From NCBI GenBank assembly GCA_040904565.1, contig JBBDTI010000013.1, positions 1 through 64,000 on the forward strand: a stretch of DNA of 64,000 nt. Reading direction: 5' to 3'. Positions 15,741 to 24,743 of the stretch are shown here, piece after piece. Below the pieces are notes generated by a model. The model ran no database searches and had not been told where the DNA came from. It worked only from the letters and a program-made list of their open reading frames with translations. The stretch is from Rhodothermales bacterium (GTDB lineage: Bacteria; Bacteroidota; Rhodothermia; Rhodothermales; VXPQ01). Every line of letters starts with the position of its first letter. The stretch's first letter is position 1. Made by a program: the position numbers and the translations under genes.

Positions 15741-18236
15741 ATGATGCCGTACTACGACTTCTTCCAATCGCTCGGCCTCGGCTGGGTTGCCGCGATCGTC
15801 TTTTTTACCGTCGCGGTGCTCGGCTACGTGGGAGCGCCGCTCTGGCTTCATACCGCGGCGTGGGCCGTGCTGCTGTACGGCCTCGGCGTGCCCGTGTGGC
15901 TGTGGGCGCTTTTTGGCGTCGTCGCCATCGCATTCAATCTGGTTCCTGTTCGGCGGGCCCTGATCTCGGGTCCCATCATGAAGATGCTCGGGGCGGCGGG
16001 GTTTCTGCCTCGTATCTCGGAGACGGAGCAGACGGCCATCGAAGCCGGGACGGTGTGGGTGGATGGAGAACTATTTTCGGGACGGCCGGACTTCAGAAAG
16101 CTGATGGACGAACCGTATCCGGACCTGACGGACGAGGAGCGAGCGTTTCTCGACGGGCCCGTTGAGGAGGTCTGTGCCATGACGGACGACTGGGATGTAT
16201 TTCAGCGCGGAGATCTGTCCGAGGAGGTCTGGGCGTATCTCAAAAAAGAGCGCTTCTTCGGCATGATCATCCCAAAGGAATACGGTGGACTCGGCTTTTC
16301 CGCCCTCGCTAATAGCGCGGTAGTGAAGAAGACCGCGACGCGGTCCTTGCCCCTTTCCATCACGGTGATGGTACCGAATTCGCTGGGGCCGGCCGAGCTG
16401 TTGATTCATTACGGCACGCAGGCGCAGCGGGATCACTACCTCCCTCGGCTCGCCCGCGGGGAGGAGATCCCGGCATTTGCCCTCACCGAGGCGAATGCCG
16501 GTTCGGATGCCGGCGCCATTTCTTCGGAGGGTGTCGTTTTTCGCGATGACGAAGGGGAGCTCTACCTGCGTCTCAACTGGAAGAAGCGTTACATCACCCT
16601 GGCGGCGGTATCTACCGTGCTCGGGTTGGCGTTCAAACTGAAGGATCCGGATAATCTTCTTGGCAAGGGTGAGGAGCCGGGTATTACGTGTGCGCTCATA
16701 CCGAGCGATACGCCCGGCGTGGAGACAGGATGGCGCCACGATCCGCTCGGGGTACCGTTCATTAACTCACCGACGGAAGGACACGACGTCGTCGTGCCCA
16801 TCGACGCGATCATCGGGGGGCCGGACGGCACAGGAAACGGCTGGCGCATGCTGATGGAATCGCTGTCTGCCGGTCGCGGTATCTCCCTGCCGGCGCAGAG
16901 CACGGGGGGCGCGCAGTTTACCTACAGCGTGGCGTCTGCCCACGCGTCCGTTCGAAAGCAGTTCGGTTTGCAGATCGGTCGCTTTGAAGGGGTGGAAGAA
17001 CCGCTCGCGCGCGTCGGTGGATACACGTACGTGCTCGAGGCGATGCGGCGCTATACGTGCGGCGGACTCGACCAGGGCGCCAAGCCGGCCGTCGTCACGG
17101 CGATCGCGAAGTACAACGCGACCGAACTCCAGCGGAAGATCATCAACGACGGGATGGACGTTCTCGGGGGCAACGGCATCGTTCGCGGCCCGCGAAATTT
17201 GCTCGCGCATGCGTATACGGGCACGCCGATCGGCATCACCGTGGAGGGAGCCAACATTCTCACGCGTACGCTCATGATCTTCGGGCAGGGTGCCATTCGG
17301 TGCCATCCGTACGCCTACGAAGAGATCGATGCGCTGGCGAAGGGTGACCTTAAGCGATTCGACCACAACCTCTGGAAGCACGTCGGGCACGTCGTGCGCA
17401 ATGCGTTCAGGGCCTTCGCGCTGGGAATAACGCGCGGCCACCTGAGCCGGTCGCCGGTTAGCGGTCCGGCAGCGCGATACGTCAAAAAGCTCAACTGGGC
17501 GGCGGCCTCGTTCGCTTTTCTGGCCGATCTCGCGATGGGCGGCATGGGCGGTGAGCTCAAGCGGAAGGAAAAGATAACGGGCCGGTTTGCCGACATATTT
17601 TCGTGGCTCTACATGGGCACGGCCGTGATTCGCCGATTCGAGGCGGAAGGCCGTCGGAAAGACGACGAAGCGTTCCTCCACTGGTCTATGCAGCATGCGC
17701 TCGCAGAGATTCAGAAGGCCTTTGAGGGCCTGTACGAGAACCTGTCCCTGCCCGGTGCAACGTGGCTGCTGCGCGGTCCCGGTGCACTGTGGCGCCGTAT
17801 CAACCGTTTCGGCACTCCACCTTCAGACCGGCTCGGACAGGTCGTCGCGCAGCAGATGCAGCAGCCGGGCGAGCAGCGTGCCCGCCTCACCGACGGTATC
17901 TATCGGCCAGCGGACGAAGAAGAGCCGCTCGCACAGCTCGAGCACGCATTCCGTCTCGCGGTGGCGGCGGAAGACGTTCTCAGTAAAATTCGAAATGCGA
18001 TGCGAGAGGGAAAGCTCGAGCGCGGCCGCCCGCGTACGATGCTGTCCGACGCGCATCAGTCCGGCGTCATCACGACGGAGGAAGCAGACCTCGTTCGAAG
18101 GACCGAAGTGGAGCGCGATCGGTACGTCGCCGTCGATGCGTTCACGCTCGAAGAGTTCGATGCCATGCATCCCGGCGTGCGGCGCGCGGAAGCATCTTCC
18201 GCGAAGTCGGATCGGCACGACCTCACCCCGTCGTGA
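15741..18236 (+). CDS. fadE: Membrane-anchored acyl-CoA dehydrogenase (E. coli FadE type)
   Basis: N-terminal hydrophobic helices, PNSLGPAELL, FALTEANAGSDA, ITVEGANILTR and a long C-terminal domain. Confidence 0.92.
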   Translation: MMPYYDFFQSLGLGWVAAIVFFTVAVLGYVGAPLWLHTAAWAVLLYGLGVPVWLWALFGVVAIAFNLVPVRRALISGPIMKMLGAAGFLPRISETEQTAIEAGTVWVDGELFSGRPDFRKLMDEPYPDLTDEERAFLDGPVEEVCAMTDDWDVFQRGDLSEEVWAYLKKERFFGMIIPKEYGGLGFSALANSAVVKKTATRSLPLSITVMVPNSLGPAELLIHYGTQAQRDHYLPRLARGEEIPAFALTEANAGSDAGAISSEGVVFRDDEGELYLRLNWKKRYITLAAVSTVLGLAFKLKDPDNLLGKGEEPGITCALIPSDTPGVETGWRHDPLGVPFINSPTEGHDVVVPIDAIIGGPDGTGNGWRMLMESLSAGRGISLPAQSTGGAQFTYSVASAHASVRKQFGLQIGRFEGVEEPLARVGGYTYVLEAMRRYTCGGLDQGAKPAVVTAIAKYNATELQRKIINDGMDVLGGNGIVRGPRNLLAHAYTGTPIGITVEGANILTRTLMIFGQGAIRCHPYAYEEIDALAKGDLKRFDHNLWKHVGHVVRNAFRAFALGITRGHLSRSPVSGPAARYVKKLNWAAASFAFLADLAMGGMGGELKRKEKITGRFADIFSWLYMGTAVIRRFEAEGRRKDDEAFLHWSMQHALAEIQKAFEGLYENLSLPGATWLLRGPGALWRRINRFGTPPSDRLGQVVAQQMQQPGEQRARLTDGIYRPADEEEPLAQLEHAFRLAVAAEDVLSKIRNAMREGKLERGRPRTMLSDAHQSGVITTEEADLVRRTEVERDRYVAVDAFTLEEFDAMHPGVRRAEASSAKSDRHDLTPS

Positions 18237-18458
18237 GCAATTGACGCGGCAGACTGCGGCCGGGCGCAGTCCGATGCCGGGTCTATCGGAAATCATTTAC
18301 ACATCCTCCAGCGCTGGGCACACCAGTATGCCTACGCGCCCTCCCGCCTGTCTATATGAAGATACGTTGAAACTGTGGTTCGATTTTTGCATTCATCACA
18401 GGTATCTGACGTGCGTTTTTGTATGAGTTCGTTCTGTCAAACAGGGGCTCGTAGTACC

Positions 18459-19187
18459 ATGACTGAGTGGAATCTCGACCTATTTACCAGTGCCGTCGAC
18501 GACTTCGAGCGTGCACAGTACCGTATCCTGGGAAATCTACAGGAGGCAAAGCGAGACTTTTCGAACAACCGTATCTATCCGCATCTGGGAAACCTCGTGT
18601 CGATACACGGTACGCTTCGCACGATTCTGGAGAACACGGACAATCTGAAGGATGCCGCACCGGGGATCATCACGGACGTGGACCTGGAGTCGGGTCAAGT
18701 GATCTATGAGAAGCCGGAGCTTGCCGGTGACCAGATGGCGGCTGTCGAGGAGCTGATCGATTGGGCGCTGCCGCAGATCGAGGAAGCCATCGACGAGGGC
18801 AAGACGATCTTCGAGTTCGTCGAGGATCACCTTCGTATGGAGGAAGTCGGAATCGTGCCGTCGTACGTTCAGGAGGGCTATCTCTTCGTTCCCGATTATG
18901 AACGTGGAGAGATCCACGTGCTCCGGTACAGCATGTCGATATTTACGGGCGCATCGGAACGGTATCGCAGCCTGCGGACGTCGCATGTGAAGAGTGTGAT
19001 GCAGAAGCCGGTACACGAGACGCCCCAGACGCTGAAGCTGTCGCTTATGGAGGAACGCAGAGATCTGCCCAATCCGGCTACGTACGCCTTCGATTTCGAG
19101 CTTGATTTTCCCTACGAACCGACCGTGCTGCCGGTCGCAAAGCGAAAGCTGATGCGCTACTTGTTCGCGGGAGAGGGCATGGCCTAG
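18459..19187 (+). CDS. Conserved hypothetical protein
   Basis: 242-aa ORF with typical codon usage. DFERAQY...IYPHL...ETVLP-like VLPVAKRKL pattern resembles an uncharacterised Bacteroidota/Rhodothermota family. Confidence 0.7.
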   Translation: MTEWNLDLFTSAVDDFERAQYRILGNLQEAKRDFSNNRIYPHLGNLVSIHGTLRTILENTDNLKDAAPGIITDVDLESGQVIYEKPELAGDQMAAVEELIDWALPQIEEAIDEGKTIFEFVEDHLRMEEVGIVPSYVQEGYLFVPDYERGEIHVLRYSMSIFTGASERYRSLRTSHVKSVMQKPVHETPQTLKLSLMEERRDLPNPATYAFDFELDFPYEPTVLPVAKRKLMRYLFAGEGMA

Positions 19188-19266
19188 TGCAGAGGGTTGG
19201 CGGCCTGTGAGGGCCCGCAGTCCGAATCTCAGCACGGTTTGTACCAGCGCCGGGCGCCGTTGCAGC

Positions 19267-20619
19267 TCAGGATGCGAGAAATGTGGTGCATCGTCGCGCA
19301 GCGTCCGCACCCGAATCGACGGCTGCACCTACGGAAACGCCGGTTCTGTAGTTACCGGCCATGAACCATCCAGGCCAGGTTTCCTCAAGGCGATCCATCG
19401 CATCCAGGGCCGAAGCGTACCCGACGGTATACTGAGGGATGGACCGTTCCCAGATGACGTGCTTTCGGAGGACCGGCTCGCCGGAAATGTCGAGCAGCCG
19501 CGTGAGGTCGCGCTCAACGACGCCGTAGGCTTCGACCGAGGGTGCCGTTCCCATCTCCGGCCGTCGCATCCCCCCGATAAACGTGGTCAGCAGTACGTGT
19601 CCATCTGGGGCACGGTTGGGAAAGATCGACGACGTGAACAGCGTTCCGAGAATGCGAAACGCGCTTTCGACCCGTGGAACCAGCAGACCGAATCCGTCGA
19701 GAGGGTGGTGGACGTGTTCGCGGCGGTAGCCCAGGGCGACGACGCCGAGCGGTGGGTAGTCGACATCCGTGAGCGGGGGGATGTGTGGACTGCGGGGTGT
19801 CGCAAGGGTCCGGAGAGCGTGCAGAGGGGCGGCGAAGACGACGGCGTCTACCTCGGCCGATTCGCTCTCTCGGGCGTGGACGGTCCATCCATCGGCGTGA
19901 AGATGCAATCGGTGGACCGGTGCAGAGGGGCGCAGACACTCCGCGAGAGCCTCCGCCAGTGCTCGAGGAAGACACTCGAGTCCATTTCGGAATGAGAACA
20001 TGCGGTGCGTTTCGGCCGCGGCGGTGTCATCCAGGCGTTTGCTGATCTGACCTTTGATGATGGAGCCGGCAGACTGCTCCATCTCATAGAGGGATGGGAA
20101 GGCGTGCTGCACGGACAGCGTCTCGGGATCTCCCGCATACACGCCCGCGACGAACGGATCCATCGCGTAGTCCAGAAAATCGGGACCCAGGCGCCGCCGG
20201 GTGAAGTCGGCCACGCTTTCTTCAACCTCAGGATCTGCCGGAGGAACGAACGGTTCGCGCAGCAGGCGCAGCTTTGCACCGGCGCGAAACAGCTCCGACG
20301 ACAGGAGCTTGTGCGGAGCCGTCGGCGCTTCGACGGGTACGCCGTCTTTAACGATGTATCGTACGCGTGCCGCGTCGGAAGCAGATACGCGCGCGTCGAC
20401 AAGATCGAGATTCTGCACGAGCGTCTCGAGTGCATCGGTGGATGCCTGGATGGAGTTGGGGCCGTGCTCGAACAAGAATCCCCCATCCCGTTCCGAGCGA
20501 ATCACCCCTCCGGCCCGGTCGCTTGCTTCGAAGATGACCGGGACCATTCCCTCCTTCATGAGCCGGTATGCGGCGGTCAGTCCGGCAATACCGCCACCTA
20601 TTACAGCCACACGTGCCAT
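19267..20619 (-). CDS. hemY: Protoporphyrinogen/coproporphyrinogen oxidase (HemY family)
   Basis: VIGGGIAGL FAD motif, EASDRAGG, EHGPNS, GVYAGD, GFGLLVP, IPQYTVG. Confidence 0.92.
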   Translation of the reverse strand: MARVAVIGGGIAGLTAAYRLMKEGMVPVIFEASDRAGGVIRSERDGGFLFEHGPNSIQASTDALETLVQNLDLVDARVSASDAARVRYIVKDGVPVEAPTAPHKLLSSELFRAGAKLRLLREPFVPPADPEVEESVADFTRRRLGPDFLDYAMDPFVAGVYAGDPETLSVQHAFPSLYEMEQSAGSIIKGQISKRLDDTAAAETHRMFSFRNGLECLPRALAEALAECLRPSAPVHRLHLHADGWTVHARESESAEVDAVVFAAPLHALRTLATPRSPHIPPLTDVDYPPLGVVALGYRREHVHHPLDGFGLLVPRVESAFRILGTLFTSSIFPNRAPDGHVLLTTFIGGMRRPEMGTAPSVEAYGVVERDLTRLLDISGEPVLRKHVIWERSIPQYTVGYASALDAMDRLEETWPGWFMAGNYRTGVSVGAAVDSGADAARRCTTFLAS

Positions 20620-20722
20620 CGATTCGAGTAGATGTTGACCGGGATAGCGAGTATTATTCACGTAACGGCGGTCCGTTGCCGCTATCACCGTCCGTCACGC
20701 GAACAGATCCATACGCAGTATC

Positions 20723-21145
20723 ATGATAAAGAATATCTTCGTCGTGCTTCACGTGATAACGGCTGCCGGTTGGTTCGGCGTCGCGCTGATGCTCACCAGT
20801 ATATCTCGCAGCGCCGCGGAGACGTCGGATCGATCGATCCGCGACGTTGGCACCAAGGCCGTCGGCATGATGAACGTGTTTGTCGTGGCCACTTTTCTGT
20901 TCGGATTGATCGCGTTTCTTGCCGGGGGCGGATTCGCCGTGTACGGTCCAGTGTATCACACGAGCCTGCTTCTCGTTCTCATCCTGATCCTCGTGCAGTT
21001 CTTCATGATCCGTTCCGGATGGATATCGCTCGTAAAGGAAGGGGGCGCCGCCGCACGGAAGAAAGTGGCAATGGGCGTTGGAATCGGTCATCTGCTGTGG
21101 CTCGTCGTGCTCATTCTGATGTTTTCGCACTACTTCGCCATCTAG
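20723..21145 (+). CDS. Four-TM membrane protein of unknown function
   Basis: 140 aa with four hydrophobic segments and His residues in or near helices (LHV, YHT, GHLLW). Confidence 0.75.
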   Translation: MIKNIFVVLHVITAAGWFGVALMLTSISRSAAETSDRSIRDVGTKAVGMMNVFVVATFLFGLIAFLAGGGFAVYGPVYHTSLLLVLILILVQFFMIRSGWISLVKEGGAAARKKVAMGVGIGHLLWLVVLILMFSHYFAI

Positions 21146-21252
21146 CCGCCTGGACTGTCGGAGGAGGCAATTGCAAAAATCTTGAAACCTGCCGGTTGTC
21201 CACTCTGTAGAATTTAATAATGAGATCACATGGACTTACCTGAACGAAGATC

Positions 21253-21447
21253 ATGGCGACGAAGCGCATGAATGAGAGTTGGCGACGTGTCAAACGTCAG
21301 ATCGAGACGATCTGGGAAGGCACGGAGTTCGACGATAAGGAGATGAAGCGGGCGCGCGGCAGCCTCCAGAAGATGATCAATCTCATTCAGGAGAAGACCG
21401 GCGAATCACGTGGCGAGATCCTCAATAAGATGAGCGCGATTCTCTAA
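21253..21447 (+). CDS. CsbD/YjbJ-like small general stress protein
   Basis: 64 aa, W-x3-K-x2-I-x3-W...DD...G...IQEKTGES pattern matching the YjbJ/CsbD fold. Confidence 0.65.
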   Translation: MATKRMNESWRRVKRQIETIWEGTEFDDKEMKRARGSLQKMINLIQEKTGESRGEILNKMSAIL

Positions 21448-21645
21448 TTGTGCTGCCACTCGCGTCGTACGTCCTCGCATGCGAGGACATTGTAGTGGGG
21501 TCGTCCGCGGCGAGGACCTGGTGAGGTGGGTCTCGGCAGAGATGTTTTCGCGCGAATCGTTCGAGCGAGATTCGTTTACCGTAGTCCCGTTCACGCTAGC
21601 CCCGTTAAAGATACATTTACGCAAGACGCATTAAGTAAGGCAAGT

Positions 21646-21673
21646 AAGCCCGGCCGCTGAGCCGGGCTTTTTT
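21646..21673 (+). terminator. Intrinsic terminator just upstream of the carboxylase gene
   Basis: AAGCCCGGC-CGCTGA-GCCGGGCTT stem-loop ending in a 6-T run. Confidence 0.8.
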
Positions 21674-21686
21674 GCAGGCGGCAACC

Positions 21687-23360
21687 ATGGAAGACCCCGT
21701 AGAGGCTGAGCAGATCGGATCGTCTCCTAGCGGGATTGCATCGTTTGCTCGTCGTCGTGATGCCTATCTGGACTTGCTGGCGCTCCGTCGAGAGCGCGTC
21801 GAGCGCATCCGTGAGGGAGGTGGATTGGAGCGTGTCGAACGTGAACACGACCGGGGCAAGCTGACGGCTCGAGAACGTATCGACGTCCTGGTCGACGACG
21901 ACGCCCCGTTTCACGAGCTGGGGTTGTTCGCGGGCTTCGAGATGTACGACGAGGAAGGTGGATGTCCGGCCGGCGGCACGGTTATGGGAATTGGCCGCGT
22001 CAGCGGTTCGTTGTCTGTGATCGTGGCCAACGACGCGACCGTGAAGGCCGGGGCGTGGTTTCCAATCACGGCTAAAAAGAATCTCCGCGCGCAGGATATT
22101 GCGCTCGAGAATCGTTTGCCGATCATCTATCTGGTTGATTCGGCGGGCGTCTATCTTCCCATGCAGGATGAGATATTTGCCGACAAGGAGCACTTCGGCC
22201 GGATCTTCCGCAATAATGCGCGCCTCTCCAGCGCCGGCGTGCCGCAGATTGCCGCTATTATGGGCAGCTGCGTTGCGGGTGGCGCCTATCTACCCATCAT
22301 GAGCGACGAGGCGCTGATTGTCGAAGGGACGGGTTCGGTGTATCTGGCCGGTCCTTTTCTCGTGAAGGCCGCGATCGGGGAAGAGGTCGATGCGGAGACG
22401 CTGGGAGGTGCGAGTACGCACAGCGAAATTTCCGGGGTGACGGACTACCGCGCTGCCGACGACGCCGAGTGCCTGCACAAGATTCGAGAGATCATGTCTC
22501 ATGTCGGTAACGGCCGACGCGCGGGATTCGAGCGCGCTCCTTCGCGAAGTCCGGCATATGCCGCAGAAGAGCTTTACGGCATCATACCTGAGTCCGCCAA
22601 TCAGCCGTACGAGATGCGTGAAGTGCTGGCACGTATTATTGACGACCGGTCATGGACGGAATATAAGGCGGATTACGGCCGGTCTCTGCTGACGGGGTAT
22701 GCGCGCGTCGACGGGTGGAGCGTGGGTATCGTGGCCAATCAGCGTGCCGTCGTGAAAAATGGACGCGGGGAGATGCAGGTCGGCGGGGTCATCTACTCCG
22801 ATGCGGCCGACAAGGCAGCCCGGTTCGTGATGAATTGCAATCAGAAGCGGATTCCCCTGGTGTTTCTGCAGGACGTGACCGGTTTCATGGTCGGGAAGCG
22901 CGCCGAGCAGGGCGGCATTATCAAAGATGGGGCCAAGATGGTCAACGCGGTGGCGAACTCTGTGGTGCCGAAGTTCACTGTCGTCGCGGGTAACTCGTAC
23001 GGCGCCGGCAACTATGCGATGTGCGGGAGAGCGTACGACCCGCGGCTCATGCTGGCCTGGCCCAGCGCAAGAATCGCCGTCATGGGTGGGCAGCAGGCCG
23101 CTCAAACGCTGCTCCAGATTCAGGTTCGGGCGATGGAGAAGAGAGGCAAGACGGTCTCGGAAGCAGAGAAAGAAGCCCTGCTATCCTCCATCGAGGCCCG
23201 CTATGAGCGCCAGACCACGCCCTATTACGCGGCGGCTCGCCTGTGGGTGGACGAACTCATCGATCCGGCCGACACGCGAGCATGGCTCAGTCTAGGAATA
23301 GAGATGGCGGACCGGAACCCTGAGTCGGTCCCGTTCCGTACTGGCGTCATCCAGACCTGA
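21687..23360 (+). CDS. Acyl-CoA carboxylase carboxyltransferase (beta) subunit, methylcrotonyl-CoA carboxylase-like
   Basis: GKLTARERI, ANDATVKAG, YLVDSAG, GSCVAGGAY, QDVTGFMVG, GAGNYAMCG. Confidence 0.92.
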   Translation: MEDPVEAEQIGSSPSGIASFARRRDAYLDLLALRRERVERIREGGGLERVEREHDRGKLTARERIDVLVDDDAPFHELGLFAGFEMYDEEGGCPAGGTVMGIGRVSGSLSVIVANDATVKAGAWFPITAKKNLRAQDIALENRLPIIYLVDSAGVYLPMQDEIFADKEHFGRIFRNNARLSSAGVPQIAAIMGSCVAGGAYLPIMSDEALIVEGTGSVYLAGPFLVKAAIGEEVDAETLGGASTHSEISGVTDYRAADDAECLHKIREIMSHVGNGRRAGFERAPSRSPAYAAEELYGIIPESANQPYEMREVLARIIDDRSWTEYKADYGRSLLTGYARVDGWSVGIVANQRAVVKNGRGEMQVGGVIYSDAADKAARFVMNCNQKRIPLVFLQDVTGFMVGKRAEQGGIIKDGAKMVNAVANSVVPKFTVVAGNSYGAGNYAMCGRAYDPRLMLAWPSARIAVMGGQQAAQTLLQIQVRAMEKRGKTVSEAEKEALLSSIEARYERQTTPYYAAARLWVDELIDPADTRAWLSLGIEMADRNPESVPFRTGVIQT

Positions 23361-23379
23361 TCGTCCACCTGACCCGGCG

Positions 23380-23946
23380 CTATTCAGCTTCCTCACCCGG
23401 TATGCCCAGGTTGGACGGATCTTCGAAATCGGCCGCCGTCCACGGACTCTTTCTGTCCGTTACCGCCTCGCGAACCTTATGCACCTCTTCGGGCGTGATC
23501 TCCTCGGAATCGTTATCCCACGACGTACGAATGAAGGTCACCAGCTGAGACATTTCCTCGTCGTCCAGAAAGGCTCCCCAGGGGGGCATCGCGCCGCCGT
23601 ACGTATCTCCATTTACCTCGATCGGACCGGTCACGCCATTCAGTATTACGCGGATGAGCCTGCCCTTGTCGCCCGTAACCCACTCCGTACCTGTAAGGGG
23701 AGGAAACACGCCCGGTACGCCGGCGCCGTTCATCTGGTGACAGGACATGCAGCGAGTCTGGTAGATTTCCTCTCCGTCTATCAGGTTTGCCGGGTGATTG
23801 GTCGCTGCGACGTTCGTCGTGGCGTCGGTCTGCTTGTCGGAAGGGGGACCCAGCGTCAGGCTGTAGCCCGAGAGTACAATCACGAGGGCAAAGACGCCCA
23901 CGAAAAGCCCTGCGAGTCCCGAACGCGTATGATGATCAAAGGACAT
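23380..23946 (-). CDS. Membrane-anchored monoheme cytochrome c
   Basis: N-terminal TM helix, CMSCH heme motif, GVFPPL, axial Met in AMPPW, FIRTSWDN. Confidence 0.9.
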   Translation of the reverse strand: MSFDHHTRSGLAGLFVGVFALVIVLSGYSLTLGPPSDKQTDATTNVAATNHPANLIDGEEIYQTRCMSCHQMNGAGVPGVFPPLTGTEWVTGDKGRLIRVILNGVTGPIEVNGDTYGGAMPPWGAFLDDEEMSQLVTFIRTSWDNDSEEITPEEVHKVREAVTDRKSPWTAADFEDPSNLGIPGEEAE

Positions 23947-23980
23947 ATGGCGTAACTCCGAAGAAGTGGTAATCTAGTTC

Positions 23981-24190
23981 TTACTGGACCCATCCACGCG
24001 AGGTGCGACCAGGCGTGCACGTCCCGAATGCGAGTTCCATATCGACCTGTTTAAGTTCGGCGACATGGGACGCCGGCGATCGGTTCGGGTTCCGATCCGA
24101 GGTCGGCTCGGGCGGCATCGTGACGTCCATGTCCACCGCGTACAGACGCACCGAGATAGGTTCCTGGTTGGTTAACGTGTAGGGCGTCAC
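23981..24190 (-). CDS. Small hypothetical protein (69 aa)
   Basis: GTG-start ORF with GC-rich third positions, ending 34 nt before the cytochrome c start on the same strand. No family recognised. Confidence 0.4.
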   Translation of the reverse strand: MTPYTLTNQEPISVRLYAVDMDVTMPPEPTSDRNPNRSPASHVAELKQVDMELAFGTCTPGRTSRGWVQ

Positions 24191-24394
24191 GGGGTTCTCG
24201 TTCGGTCGGGACGAGGCCCTTGTAAATGACTTTCGGGCAGGTGCCCGATGCTATACGTTGGTAGGACGATGTAACGTGCGGTGTGACGTTCAGTGTGAGA
24301 TGCGGTCAATTCACCCGTTCTCGATGAACCTGTTCGGCTCGCTGCCGTTCACTCGTCACTTTATGTATTCCTCCCTATATCGAGGCCGCATCAC

Positions 24395-24604
24395 ATGTCA
24401 GAGCTCGGAATGACGGAAGACGGTTTGAAACAGACGGTGAAGGACGCCCTCGTGGAGGTTCTCGAAGAACGTCGCGACATACTTCGTGACGTGATTGAGG
24501 AGGTTCTCGAAGAGTTTGAAATGATCGAGGACTATAAGGAGGTCCGTAAATCGGACGGTCTCCGTCGACGGCCCGTTTTCGCCATGAGTGAAGGCGAAGC
24601 ATAG
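24395..24604 (+). CDS. Small acidic helical protein resembling antitoxins found upstream of RelE/ParE toxins
   Basis: LKQTVKDALVEVLEERRDILRDVIEEVLEE pattern. No toxin ORF follows. Confidence 0.55.
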   Translation: MSELGMTEDGLKQTVKDALVEVLEERRDILRDVIEEVLEEFEMIEDYKEVRKSDGLRRRPVFAMSEGEA

Positions 24605-24639
24605 GCCGAGACGGGGGCGGGTTGGAACGTGAGGATTCT

Positions 24640-24711
24640 CGGCGCAAGCGTCGGACGCAAGCGTCGGGCGCAAGCGTTGGGCGTTGGGCGTGAATGTAGG
24701 GCGTCGGGCGT
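24640..24711. repeat. Short degenerate tandem repeat
   Basis: CGGCGCAAGCGT CGGACGCAAGCGT CGGGCGCAAGCGT TGGGCGT TGGGCGT GAATGT AGGGCGT CGGGCGT between convergent genes. Confidence 0.75.
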
Positions 24712-24743
24712 GAGTGCGCGATGACTTCCGTACAACCCGATAG

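Noticed and set aside
10147-18236. Fatty-acid beta-oxidation operon as a novel system
   Set aside because: Ligase, dehydrogenase/hydratase, thiolase and FadE form a standard, well-described pathway.
24640-24711. CRISPR array
   Set aside because: The units are 7-13 bp and contiguous, with no unique spacers and no cas genes.
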